58,504 bases of DNA from Catajapyx aquilonaris. Taxonomy: Eukaryota. Under the pieces are notes generated by a model that did not search any database, was not told the DNA's origin, and was given only the letters and a program-made list of their open reading frames with translations. Below, one piece after another: positions 12,981-27,202 of this stretch. The stretch lies in contig KZ538123.1 of the NCBI GenBank assembly GCA_000934665.2, positions 62,001-120,504 on the forward strand, given 5' to 3'. Within the stretch, counting starts at the first letter, position 1. Each line of letters begins with the position of its first letter. The translations under genes were made by a program, and so were the position numbers.

Positions 12981-13060
12981 TTCCTCGCCAGGAATCGAAC
13001 CTGGGACCAGTCTCGCTGCTAGTGAAAGCAGCAAGTGCTCTGCCACTGAGCTACGAGGAG
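12981..13060 (-). ncRNA. tRNA-like sequence (tRNA pseudogene or SINE head) with atypical anticodon arm
   Basis: CTCCTCG TA GCTC AGTGGCA GAGC A CTTGCTGC TTTCACTA GCAGCGAG ACTGGTC CCAGG TTCGATT CCTGG CGAGGAA; D and T arms and A/B boxes intact. Confidence 0.6.
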
Positions 13061-13466
13061 TTTTGGCCTGGTAAGGATAAGAAATAATAATAGCTAGGCA
13101 CCAACTTGCCAAAATTAGGCAAAAAATTAGGCGAAAGTGCGAAAGTGGAGAGAGAGAAAGACCCGCACCAGGCATATGGAAGCGACATCCGACGGTGAAA
13201 AGCAGAAGTAAGAGGGTGAAGTGCAGAAGTCAGCGAGTCCAGGAGGTGGCGCCTTGGCACCCGGAACAGCGAAATTGGGAATTCCGTGGTAGTGCTGTAG
13301 TGGGCTGTTTTTTTTGCGGTTCATAAAGGCCCTGGGCCCTTTTCCCCCCCAAAAAATCAAAAGTGGCTTTCAAATATAGAAAACGCGGGCAAAATTTAGA
13401 GACCACTCCCATTGCTTGCTGTAGGCCCTACGGTGCGGGAGGAAGTTGCCACGACAGTCGGCTTTC

Positions 13467-13548
<82 letters not shown>

Positions 13549-13565
13549 GCAGCAGCAGCAGCAGC
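13467..13565. repeat. (AAT)n-(GCA)n compound microsatellite
   Basis: Direct reading. Confidence 0.95.
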
Positions 13566-16500
13566 TTAAGAAGTGATCAAAGCACCTGGAAAACTTATCA
13601 TGATAATAAAGCCACATAATTATCTGGTGTCTTGTGATTATAACAAGACGTGTTGTGCAAATCCAGTGCTTTTAGTAACAAAATACAGCTGAATTATTTT
13701 AACATGCTGGTGACATTTTGGGAGCAGTTTCATAAATGCAAATTAAGGTAAAATCTTTGATTATGTATACAGAAATCCGATACATAATCGGAGATGTTAT
13801 TTTTAATTTCTGTTGATACAATCGACCTTGCTTTACATGTAAGTTATAAAAAGCTATATGAGTATGTTCTGTCACGCTGCGTTGTAGTATCCTCCATCAC
13901 AGTATGTTCATGACGCTCTGACTACAGTGCGATCTCAATATACAGTAATTTTGTGTGTGAATAACTTGGTTTAACTAATGACCTCGTCATGAGTACGTAA
14001 TCCCTAAAGAAAATGTCCCTGCATTACTACCTAATCATTATTCATGAAAATCCGAGCAACTTTTGATAACTAATTTGAATGTAAGGGGTTGAGCACATTA
14101 CAACTGCACCGATGCATCCAGAGCGAAGTGTGTCGAAGTTGGATACTTTTATTTCTCAGAACAAATTATTTGGATTAGTTTGATTTTTGAGCAGACTCCA
14201 ACCTTCACTTAAAACTTCATGTACATGGAGTTGCGAAAAGTGTAATTATAGGCAGAGTGCACGAGGCAATGTGTCAAACAAACTTTTCGAGTTAATTTCT
14301 GGACATAGGTGTCATTTGCATCCCGATATCCCTATGCTGAGATAATGAACTTCATACAAATATTAAAATCATCAAGGGAAGTGTGCATCTCTCCGAGAGA
14401 GCTGACCGTTTTTAGTGCCACAAGGGAGTTTTCTTTTACTGAGAACTCATTTGGGCCCTTATAGTCTGGGGAGTGAAAGTTACCAGTGATGGGGTAATTT
14501 CGATGGTAATGTATCTGGAGTGTTTGAAGTAAACCATGTGTTAACTCCATGGGTACGTTACCTATGCTGACCAGATTATGGCCATTGATGTAGTAAGCAG
14601 TTGCATAAAAGTAGTGCATTATGTTGACTTCGCGCAAAGTCGGTATAATCCACTATTTAGTTAAATTTAATTACGCATTTAACGAGGTTACGACAATAGA
14701 GTTATTACAGCTGTTAGGAACCACTGGGAATGTTATTGGATTGACAATAATAAGTGTCTCACTTCAAATATTAATTTTTGAATACAATGACAGATATCAA
14801 TGAAGACAACATGAGTAAATATCAGATAGTCCTACTGATTTAAAAAATATACGCGAAATACATGAACATGGCTGACTTGGGTATAAAGCATGAACAGAAT
14901 AATGTCAAAATATTGTGGCTTGATAAAGAGGATACAGTCATATTAAGTTAATTATATATCAAAACTCACGCTACCAGGTTCGTGATTTATAGATCAAAGT
15001 ATGATATAGACGTACCAATATAATTATTAGTATTAAGTTATACAGTATAGTGGGTGTGCCATAATTTGTATACAGGTAATTCGATCCACGGCGTAAATGA
15101 AAACTGCGTAGTAGTATTCCCTTCCGACGCGCAGGGTAAGCGCGAGTCGATATAAATTGAGTAAGGAAAAAATTATTTCAATATTTTATGGATTAATTAA
15201 TTGTACTGTATATTTCTCATAATATTTCATTTCTTGGGTGCATATATAGAGTAGTGTAGTTTGTTTCCCTGAGCTTTTATCTTATAAATCCTATTTTTTC
15301 CGGAAGATATTGCCTAATTTCTGCAATCATTAATCTACCAATGTATCTCTTTTAGAACTTCCGTGTATCTATTTAAATAAATCGCTATTGCAAGTTGACG
15401 GATTGTATACGATATTGAGTTGCCATTATATCACTGCGCCCTAAGGAAGATTATCGGACTTTCAAGGGTCTTAAAATTTCCCATGGGAAATTTTCAAAGT
15501 GATCCTAATAAAAGACAGGATGTATAGGCTATAGTAAGCAGTTCGTATGTGACAAGAAGTTGAGCGCAAAAGATCGAAGTGCTCAGGGCAATAGCCTGAT
15601 AGTATTAATACCCACTTTAGTCAAAAGCAGGGTAATAATACGGAAAGGGATCGTTAAACAAGCTTGGCATTAGTGCAATTATGATTTTGCTGACACTAAT
15701 ACTAGTGTATGTGAGATACCCGCTCAAAGGCGCTCTATGATTTGCCCTGTACAGTGAACTCAAGTTGCGAAACTTTTTCATTCAAACTAACTGGGTGGAT
15801 AAGGACTATAGTAGCCTGAAGCCCTCCTTTTACTGACATCCGCGAGGAGGGATCTCTACAAACAATCACATATTAAAATTTTCTTTTAATTTAAAACTTG
15901 TGTGACTATACTACACATAATTATACAGGGTGTACATAATCTTTTCTGTATGGCTAATATAATGTTATTTTTATGAGTATCTATATAGTTAATTCTCATC
16001 TTATTCGTATCATACTCAACTAATTCTTCAACTGTCAATACAATTCCGGTTGTAATTTTTAAATGTTACATGCCTTTCACTGGTCACTTATACAGTAGAA
16101 GAATATTGAGAAAGTTTCAGTAAAAAAAAACCGTAGTTTCTTCCCTTTCCACATCCTTAATCTCCTCCGAGGCAAGGTATAAGGTAGTATGAATAAGGAT
16201 ATAAGAAAAATACATCTCCGAGAAACGCTTTTCAGGCTTCTCACGGGTGCAGGATACTCTAATTGGATCATAATGTCAGTTTTGAAAGATTATAATATCA
16301 ATTTTGCACGTTAGAACGAAGGTGACTTCGCGCAATCTCTGCATCGTAACTCAGGGAAAAACCAATATTAGTTTTATATTATTATGCCGGAACCTTAATG
16401 GGTGAAAGGACTCGTTCCTGGTTTGATTTTGGCGTGAAGCCCAATGATTTGTAATGGAAGCCGTTTTCATAATAGAGTCGTGCTCCCATATAATTACGGT

Positions 16501-19500
16501 ACCGTACAAAAATGTGGCAATCAGCTTTTATTGTCTATTCGCGCGTTAGTTGTGAAATGAAGGTTTGAATAATTTTGCTGCTCAAGGCTGCAAATATATG
16601 ACAGTGGATGTCGATCTATATAGTTTTAGGAGTTCATAACTTTATAGTAGTCTAGTTGATGAAATAGAGACTCTTTGTTGCAGAACCTGTAATCTTTGAG
16701 TTTTAAATCTCACTTTCTGTAGTATGAAGTTCTCACAGCGTCTCACAGCGTCTCACGGCCTTTGTCTACAGTTACAATTTTACTAAACCAAGCAGTGTAC
16801 TGTAGAGTATAACATGGAGTATGTAGTACTGTACAGAGACGCGTGATACAGGAGCACAGAGAATAAACCATCAACAAGCCACTTGTAACCTTATAATGCT
16901 GCACAAGTGATGACATTATTGGCAGGTATTGATTTTTCATTGGCCAACAATTTTCTGCACGTGCTATGATAGCTTTAGAATATTTACCGTATCCTCAAAA
17001 AAGATTGAGACTATTTTACATTGAAGTGAAATTTTTTATCGTCTGAAGATTTTTGAGTGACATAATGCGTTACTTGACAACAATGCCAAAAAGCTGATTT
17101 CATAATTGAAACGCAACAATTACTCAATCCACCGTGTTTAATTTGTCTGAACTCGTAAATAAAGCCGCCTATCAAGAACAATACAGCAATTTATTATAAA
17201 TTATGGTACTGTACAAGATTGCCTCTTTTAGCAAAATGAGAAAACGTCAATAAAAATTCCTGTCATCATCACCCCCATGACCATAAAACTACACAGCGCA
17301 AATGCCGGGCTATAAAAAACTTCAGCCATTAACTCTATAGGGAACAGCATCAGAAAACTAATAGAGAGAAAATTCGACTGAAAATTAATTTTACTATTTG
17401 AAACAAAGTGCAAATTCTGATGCATTTTGATGAAATTCATTTTGATAGGATATCCAATCGCTACCTTCTGCAAATGTAAATTGCTAATCAAACTGTATTA
17501 TTGCGGAATAGTGTGATGAAATTTCAGTTGCCCTAAATCAACTACACTATACTTTTAGTGTATTTGGAACCGTGCATGGGTCTCAGTAGACAATAAGTTG
17601 CTTATAGACACCATTTCTTAACAAAGCCATAGAGAGAATAATACATGACTTCCCATATTTTAAAAGTCTGACTAGCACTTACTAGTGAAAGCAATTATTA
17701 GTAGCCTCCACACAAAAATGGCGCCTTCCCAAAAACCGTTTTTGGAAGTCAATCAAATGTTGTTAACTTTTCCATTTCATGCAACACAGTCGACTTCATG
17801 TATATCTTATTGAATTTCCTGGACATTCAACGCTTCCATACAGTCACAGACGTTCCAGGGAATGGTTGACAGTCCCCTTTGTATGCTCTCTTATACGTGA
17901 CGTAAGTCACGAGGGGAAAAAATATAAAAATGTACAGTGCACTCTGATTGCATACTGCGAGAATACAAAATGCTCAGGCTTTCTAAGCCAAATCAGGCAT
18001 ATTTGGCATACGATGAATTTTGATTCCATATTTATGAGAAGAATTCTGCATCACTTTGATGCCCTCCTTAAAACGGTAAGTCAAAGGGATGCTTTCGGAG
18101 CATATATAAAATGGACCTAAAATTTTAGAGGTAACCATCAGTCAACTTGACCTATATTATCCTGCTTGTCTTAACTTGAAATAGCTGAGTGATCATCGAA
18201 TTTATGAGATGCAATAAAAAATACGGATCTGCTCATGCATCGGAGTACCGTAGAGACTAGCACTCTCATATAGCCTACTGAAAGGATTTTAGTCCAATAC
18301 TACGCCTTTGATTATCCGTGAAGAGGTAAAAGGTTAAACCACTTGTTGAGTCTGTGGAAAACTTCACCGTTGCAAGTTGTGGATCACAGTAATTTTCTTG
18401 TGCGGACTGTGAAAGCAGCTTATGTTCTCCGCACAATTATTGTCATTTCCAGAGTCTTGTTTATCCTGCTTATGCAAATCGCAATATTTTACAGTGTGTA
18501 TTATATCATTTACATAATGAAAGCTGCGGATCAATGTTGTCTAATAACTTGGCTGTAAAAGCGACAAACTTTATTTTGAGATTGTATCACAAAGGCGGTA
18601 TTATTTTGAATTATATAATTATAGTGGAAAAACTCTCGTTATAGTTTCCACAGTAAGCTTTTGAGTCGTGTCTAAATTGCCGGTGTAGTAAGAATAAATA
18701 AAAACGTAACGTATTACTCCCATAAACATTACGTCGATAACCTACGCCTTTCGTGTGTTAGCAACCTTTCGGATAGGTTATTCAAACAATTTGCACATCT
18801 GATGACCCTAAATGATTACATTTTAAATAAATACCATCCAGGTGTTAATATAAGGGTGTTTATTTATTTATTTTTACGAATATCAATGAAAAAAAATACG
18901 ATGAGTCGAGTGTAGTAGGAAAACCGTATAATACTGTATAGATCTGAAAGCAACAGGTATCAAGACTCCCCTGTGATGGACTATATCAGTCCCAGTGTCA
19001 TGTAGCTGCCTGACTATTGGAAGACAGCGACACTGATATTACGTCTGTTAATATTGTGGGCTGGAAATATTGTTCCACAGGTTGTTCTACACTGGACGAA
19101 CAGCCTGGAGCTTATCAAATTATACAACATATGATGTGGAAATGGTGGCATCGTCATTTGACCCATAAAAATACGCTGATAGCATTAAAATTTTTGTTAC
19201 GATTACAATCCTGCTTTGAAAGCACTAACAGAGTACAGGACAGTACTTAGCATGCCAAAATAGGCTGTTATAAAAGCACAAAAGATAATTACATGCAATA
19301 TTTTGGTGTACTGCACGGATTACTAAAAATCCGACAATTATTGTTACATGATCGATGCGGTTAGTGAGCATCCAATAATGGCGATAGTAATGTGGTTGTT
19401 TAATATACCATATATGTTTTTAAATTACTTTGCTTTATGCACCCGGTATGTGCATACCCGCATTTGTCATAATGTGTTACTGCAATCAAATTCAGACTGA

Positions 19501-20674
19501 ATTATACATTACTGCGCTTCTGAACCTACCTCACTCTCTAGAATTATGATTGAATTTAGCGCCTATTCTGAGGATTAATTCCCGACTGTTTTCCGCGGTA
19601 CTAGGGAAGCATTATGTAACAGGCAAAATCTCACCCCACTGCTAAAATGAATGTGCAATCTATAGCTCTCAGCCGCGGCAATATCCAAACTCTCTTGTGA
19701 TGGCTTTAAAATGCGTATACAGCCTTTAAAATTATGCAAATTAGCTGGCGTTAGTCACATATTTGAAGCTGAATGATGGAGGCAATTTTCAGTAAAGTAT
19801 GTCACAGGCACTCATGCCAGTATTATTGTTGGATTAAGTGTGCTTTACGCTTGATGCAAGCTTTTCGACAGGCTGCATTCTTTTCAGTGGATATAGTCAA
19901 TAAGTAAAACTATTATTACCTTACAGTTTCTTTGCAGTAATAATTATCTAAATATCCTACAGAAATCCCTCAATTTCATACCTTGTCGTCATAACCCATG
20001 GACGAGCTACTGTAAATTATAACCATATTTAACTGTTTATGTCTGAGCATTGTAACTGAACTGTTATCAGTTATTTCAATAAAAATGGCATATGTCGAAA
20101 ATGCATGTATTTTGGCAAGTAAAGCACACGTTTTTATATCGCTGTCTCGTACGTCAAACCAATATTTAACTTTCCCATCAGAGTAACCCAAGGGGACTTA
20201 CCTCGATCAGTCGACCTCTGTAGTTTAGCCCGTCACTGGAGGCTCTTGAGGTCCTTAGTAGAGCCATGTGCATTTTATCTTCCGACGGATCGGCCACGAT
20301 TGGTCCAAGCGTTCGCCTACACACGCGCGGTTGGCTGTGGCGTCGCCCACGTTTTCAATATTTTTGAGTCACCCTCGCTGGCCCACCCACACTTAGGTCG
20401 ACCCATGTAAGACGTCAAAGTGTTATTTGCCTTCCATGTGCAGATACACTCGAATGCTCTTAAGTAACTTTGGTGAAAATATGATACTCCGCGGCTGGCT
20501 CGGGGGACGTCATCGATACCGAGATAGATGGCATTTAACACATCCCCTGACAAATGAAGCACACTCACTTGTCAGGGGATAATATGGGGGCGCATACATT
20601 TCTCTCTTCCTGTAGTATGAAATAATGCAACTTCCATCGAAACAAAGTGAATCATTTTGTGTAATGTTTTAGAA

Positions 20675-20874
20675 CAGTGGTTTCCAACCTGGGGGTCGCG
20701 AAGCCTCTTCCGAGAGGTCGCGCGTGGCCGCGGTAATTTTTATAAATTAAAAAATAGCTATTTTTTAAATACAAAAATACGAAGGAAATTTCATTGCGAA
20801 GGTTTTTTTTTTCTACGCCTACTGAAACTGGGGGGGGGGGGGGGGGGNGGGGGGCTTGACTATTGGGAACCACT
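20675..20874. mobile_element. hAT (Charlie-like) MITE
   Basis: Ends cagtggtttccaa / ttgggaaccact, internal G-run, partial flanking duplication tagaa. Confidence 0.6.
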
Positions 20875-21723
20875 TAGAATGTTCGTTAACATTTAGAGTT
20901 GTTGCCAAAGACACAACTAGAGCTGCCCAGGAAAAATGGATTAAGAGCAGAACTGATGACAGGCTCTAGACTACATCATATGAGGTGACCTAGTAGTTGT
21001 GAGATGGATGAGGACTCCCCTTACGCTCGTAGAATTCATTGAACTATTTTTAATCATTTTCACTGAGTTAAAAAAACGCCAAAAAAACTTCATTTTGTAC
21101 TACCCAGAAGAACAATAAACTATTATTGGGTTACAGTGTGATAAGCGTGTGGCATTTTAGGGATTTTTTTTTAAACACGCGCGTCAATTTAATCACTGCT
21201 GTACTGATGGAATTTGCTTGTGGGCCAAAACGTGAAAACCGAAAAAAAATGACGGCATTAACGGACTAGTTGCTCAAAGCCTGCCTGTGTACCACTGAGA
21301 ACGTCACTTGCACAATACTAGGATGGTATATGTGTATGTGACGAATTCAAGGCCATATTTGGTGTCATCAAGGTGATACCAGTGCGGTAGTCGTGACGTT
21401 GATCCCCCGCCCTTTAGAAGAGCTCTTCCTCTGGTCTACCGTCCATCACATCTTTTAAGCTCGCGATTGTACAGTACGTCGCAGTGAACGTCACACATTC
21501 ACCAAACTATAGGATTCTATTTGCATGTGGGGAATACGAAGCAATGCCATCCACGACACTGGTATCAGCCACTAGTACAAATACTGTATATGCTTAGTTC
21601 ATATTGGCTGCTAATAATTAAGTTGAATGGATGCAGTTCTTATAACCAATATAAGCAGTGTGAATTGCGTTAATCGTTGGCAACACAAGTCAATTGGTCA
21701 AAGTTTTTTTCTCAGCTTCTTAA

Positions 21724-21841
21724 CCTCCTGAGACCCCTGGCACAGTATACTGTACCTTTGTTTTTTCCAGCACCTTCTGACTAACTCAAACGCGTAAAAA
21801 AACCAAAGGTGATTGAAAGGTGTACTAGAGGTCTCAGGAGG
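21724..21841. mobile_element. piggyBac-like MITE
   Basis: TTAA-cctcctgagacc...ggtctcaggagg-TTAA. Confidence 0.8.
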
Positions 21842-23578
21842 TTAAGCTGGAAATTTAAGTACCGGTACTGTATCTTCACACAGCCGAGCGAGTTATTTCA
21901 GGAGAGACTGTAATATTTTTATAGCTCTTAAACGTAACGGTACTTACGCGTAATTAGCAGCTTGTGCCAAAAATAACTCACCACTAATAAGGATACTTGA
22001 ATTTTATTAGAACACACTAAATATTCATATGACTTGTGAATGAACTTATAGTGACTTGTGATAGTCGGCCCCACAATTTTATTATTTAACATGAAGTAAC
22101 CCATGGAAAAAATTTAACCTGATTGGCCCAGGATTCGTAAATTCGTCCCTTGACAAAATTGCAAAATGAAAGCTGTTTCCAAGACAGATCGAATCAAACT
22201 CATCATCTACATTGATTTCCCACCCGAGGAAACTGACTGAATTGGGGCCACGCAAGGTCAATAAAGTTTTCCCCCAGCTCCCCCCCCCCCCTCTTCTGTA
22301 TCCCACACATACACACACACACGTACTTGGCGATGAAGAGGCGATGAAATGAGCATTATCTGAGTGGAGGANNNNNNNNNGGGGGGGGGGGGGGGGGGGT
22401 GAAAATTTAATCCCATTGTTTCAAAGATAAAACCATGCACATTACAAAACTTCTCGAGAACATCAGAGTACTAGGTGAGAGCTCTTCATGTTTAGCAGCA
22501 AAGGTGTACGCTTGGAGGAGACGGATATAAGTTAGGTGTGGGATGAAAGAAGGGAGCTGCCGTCATACCCTAAAGTGAGAAAGAAGTGTCCATCTGTGCA
22601 ACAGCAATATATATTTATTCAAACATTACCGGGCAATAGTTGAGTTTTAATAGTAGGCTAATATGTCAAAAGGGGTGCACAATCTTGCAGAGAGGAAAGA
22701 CATTTAATTCACGATGAAACAGGGCACCTACAAACACTATCCTTATTTTTTTTTCCTGAAAAGTCTGCCATGACGACCACACATTTACATACGAACGTAC
22801 GACATGAGAGCAATGCACATTTTTTGGCATAATTTGACCTAAAATCTTTCAGCATTGGAGGAACATACGCACTTTTTTGTCAATATAATTTGGGAATTTT
22901 ATTTACTTTTTAGCATCCATTGAATTATCTTAAAATATTCATATGATTTGACAAAATATTTCTCGTGGATAGATTATGAGTATGTAGCATTTCTTGAGTA
23001 ATATCAAGCAAGCAGTAAATTTTCTTCTAAAAAGTTCAGTATATGACACCTATAGGTCGCACTTAAATGTCACGTCGTAATTTTCCGCCATTGCTGTTAA
23101 AAGTGCAGTAACCTCTTCATACACATAATAAACCAGATAAATTGGCTATCATTTAGCAATTTTTAAGAGTGTGGTGTTATGAATAATTTAACAACTGCTG
23201 CCCTGCTGGTATAGCACCAAGGCTTTGATGTGGTTTTTTGTGTGGAAATGACTGAAATGGCTTTGAAGGCATAAAGGATAAATGAAAAAATATTTTCACA
23301 CCACTGTACGTAACTCATATTAGATTACTTTTTGTGGGCGAAAGATTATTCATTACAAGTGCATTTCTCTACGTGTAACTTACTATTTATAGAGGGAGAA
23401 ACCACAATAACTTCCCCGACCTTTGAACAGCACGAGAGCGACTATAAAACTAAAACTATAAAACTTGATAATAATTTATTATGAGCCTGCCACTAAATAC
23501 ACCCCATGTTTGCCGGAACTGTCCTTGCAATTACTATCTTTTCAGAAATGTTAGCAACACGGGGTGGAATTTTCGTCT

Positions 23579-23951
23579 CACTGATAGTTACTGCTAACTT
23601 AGCAGTACCATTGCCAACACTGGTACTGCTAAGTTAGCAGTAATAATATCTTACCCCGTTATCAGCCTTTTTCGGCTCTTTAGGGGGAATTTTTTGTTTT
23701 GTTTGGAACTCTTGCTTACATGCTTACTTTTTGCTTTTTGGGATAGGATAGGGGAGGAAGGAGGCGGATCTGGCCTTTTTAATTAGGAAGCAACCCCGGA
23801 ATTCTCCTGTAGGGACCGTGGGAAACCACAGAAAACCACGGTTAGAGTTGCCGGCCCCGGGGCTCGAACCCAGGACCTCCCGATTAGCAGTCGGACCCTA
23901 TAGCCACTCCACCAACCTGCTTCGGTGCTAAGTTAGCAGTAACTATCAGTG
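23579..23951. mobile_element. Short palindromic element interrupted by a SINE
   Basis: cactgatagttactgctaacttagcagtacca / tggtactgctaagttagcagtaa[SINE]ctatcagtg. Confidence 0.7.
23644..23926 (-). mobile_element. tRNA-derived SINE (same family as 38372-38677)
   Basis: B box ggttcgagccc on the minus strand; 16-bp TSD gctaagttagcagtaa at 23628-23643 and 23927-23942. Confidence 0.9.
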
Positions 23952-24232
23952 GGCCACGGTTTTAACACAATGAGCTTTCCAGCAGAAGTAGGGTGCCCTG
24001 TAACCTTAGGCAGCAGCACAAAATAATACCTCCAAGCTACAGGTGTAAAGTTTTGATAGTCCCGAAGAAGAGTTTGTGGAGTATACATCATTATCTTATA
24101 GCCACATCAAGTTTGTAATCTACATAATTATTATAACCTACACGGTTATTTATAGCATTATTTAGCAAGGTTATTATTTTATAGAATAATTATTTATAGC
24201 ATGTTGCCCATACGATCCTCAAAATAATGCTT

Positions 24233-24463
24233 CCCGTGATAGACCTCCTTGGGCCTCTTAGGGATCATCTTTTCGTGAACCGTCTTTAATCATTGTCTTG
24301 ATAGTGGGAGGAAACGGGAGAACCCCGAGAAAACCCACTCGAACACGGAGAGAACCCATCGAAACTCTGTCCACATAAGTATCCTCCGTCCGACCCGGGG
24401 ATCGAACTCGGGACGTCAGAGGTGGAAGGCTGCGGCGCAAACCCCTACGCCACCGTGTCGCTC
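24233..24463 (-). mobile_element. V-SINE-like tRNA-derived SINE
   Basis: A/B boxes plus central gttctctccgtgttcgagtgggttttctcggggttctcccgtttcctcccac resembling the V domain; degenerate TSD aaaat(a/c)atgctt; partial copy at ~44115-44193. Confidence 0.8.
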
Positions 24464-27122
24464 TTAAAATCATGCTTTATGTTATGGCTAGCAGTAGCCT
24501 ATTACTCGCGTGCTTCGCGCATGATCACATCTCAATTGACTTTTTCGCAGGTTTTTCTTTATTGAAACGAAAGGACATGCTGCAGCAATGTGATGGAATC
24601 GTCTCATCCTGTCGCGTGAAGCGTTTCCTCACGATTTCATTTTTCTATCTCCGTCGCGTAACTTATAGCCTAGTTTAGACGGGCTCTACCCACAGTATAT
24701 TCTGTCCCTAAAAACTGACGCCCTAACTTACAGTATTTAAACACTCCACTGTAACTTCCTGTATCTTAACGTAATTAATAATGAAACACACCAATCCTTA
24801 CTAATAAGCCTAAGCATCCATATTCTAATGTTATTGAGCATAATCTGGCCTTTACCTCTGTTGTGCTAACACAACTAAGGATAACCTAACCTCTACAATA
24901 TTATTATCCTGGCTTCTTTGCCAATCGGTTTCATTAAAACACCCTGTGTACACTATGCAGTCTCATGTCGATTAATCCCCAGCCAATTCAATCTTTTATA
25001 TGGCTGCCGAAGTCTCCAATTGCCAATACTCGGATTGTTCTTTTTGCAATATTTAAATCAAAATTAGAGTGCCCTCCACCATGTAATTACATTCTACTCT
25101 ATGTCGGGCATTTTCTCAACTACCTACAATATTATTACAACTGGCCTGAAAGGAGTCCAGACTGCTTAACCTCTGCCCAGGCATGTTCGTGATACTACAG
25201 TACATTATTATTTTTAATGATGGTAATCTCTACTGAATAATTATATTTCATTACATTACAATGTGTTGTCAGTATACTGTAGTAGACTTTAAATACAGTA
25301 TAAGTTAGTGTAACTTACAGGATAACTTGCTAATATTTTTGGTTGCCTCCCAGCAGGAAAGGCGGGAGGCGGGAGGATTATTTCATAAAATTTAACACCG
25401 CATGATATTGTTCAAGGTTAAATATAATTCAAATAATCTTGAAAACCTTAAAGTTTAACTTCAAGTTATTCAAATAAAGGCAACTTTCCGTACTTAGAAA
25501 AGGGCTCATTCATGGATTAAACCATCACTATCGCACCCATACAGACTTAACAGTAAATCAATAAAAATATATGTTACAACCAATTATTAACATTCAGATG
25601 TGTGACATTGAAAATTACGATTTCCTTGATTCTGAATGTGTCCCATCATCATTAAAATAAGGTGAGTCAGGCCCTTGTAAATTCCTGGATTTACTCAATT
25701 TATTTGGAACGTGGATTGAAAACATTTTTCAGTGGGATCTTCAAATTTTGTGCAATTTTTAAATACTCATTGCTACAAATTTCTGGGGTGTTGTCCACTT
25801 TTGTGAAAATACTTATTTCTCGTATGACAAATTCGCCAGTAAGCTGCCACACGAAATATTTTTAAATCCTTAATTAATACAATGATTTTCAGTTTGTACT
25901 CACATTTTTTCATGACACAAAAAATTGATACCTGTTGACTAATCTTATTTTCCATAGCTCTAATAGACCATATTTTTGAAAACAATGTAGACAACAGTGT
26001 AGCATTTTACATGTATAGTATATGAGTATATGGCATTATGAATATTATGAATGGTTGTCCTCGTAATTTGGCATTCCTTCCGCTTCCTATTGATTCCAAG
26101 TGAACTATGAATTTCCGGTAGCAATGGAACACAATAGTTAGGATGTGTTACGGGCCAGTATTCGCAAGGCTTCGGAGAGCCATACAGTAGGCTATAGTCT
26201 CCATTCAGTAAATCATCTAGTCGTTTATAGTAATCTCTCTCTGGCGTTATAATATTTCTTTTGGTACGCATGTAGAGAATGTAGTACATTATTTTTAACT
26301 GCCTTCTCATAATAATATTTGTATACCTATAGTCAACACGCTCCATTTGTATGCACGTAGGGTTATACTGTAAATAGTCGTAATTTATAATACGAAATAA
26401 CTTATATGTTCACAAAATCAAAGAAAAATGTGATGATCGGAAAGTAACTGTAACTGACTGGTTGCGATGGGTTTATAGATATCAGATGTTATGGCTCCCA
26501 GGAGATTTTCGGGGCCGCACCATATGCACATGACCAATCAAGACTGGAAGTAGGGAATAAATGGAGAGCGATTAATATTAAGATATAATAAAACACCATA
26601 GTGGAGAAGGAGGTGGAATAATGGCCATTCTGGAACGAAGGGGTCTTACGCTGCATCGCGATGGGAATTTTCGCTATTTCGCTCCCACCCTATCGGTCCG
26701 CTCAAGGTCTGACACAACGGCGAAAATTTCCACACGGTGGGTACACCTTGTTCATTAGCAGAAACTTTTGATAACCACTAACAGTAATATTCAAAAGGGA
26801 CTGCTTAAAAAGAACTTCTTAGGGCCAATGATTGCTGACCACTACGGATTTTAATAATGGATAGTTATACTGTATTGATATTTAATATAAATCTGGGTGT
26901 CTTGGTTAAAAATATGCTGATGGAAAACCTATCCCAATATTTTTAACCAAGACATACCCAGCACTGCTGTATTTTTCTTCCCACTCAACCTAGAAACATG
27001 AGGTTTGGTTTAAAATGTACTTTAATTCATGGGAATGTAACATCATTCACAATAAATGATGTAATTGATCTTCAGTGACCCCTATGCGCACTGGAATGAT
27101 ACGCTACGCGAATCTTCGATTA

Positions 27123-27201
<79 letters not shown>
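27123..27201. repeat. (TTA)n microsatellite inside a decayed inverted-repeat element (~27098-27550)
   Basis: Direct reading; inverted pairs gctacgcgaatc / gattcgcgtagc and tccccagcat / atgctgggga. Confidence 0.8.
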
Positions 27202-27202
<1 letters not shown>

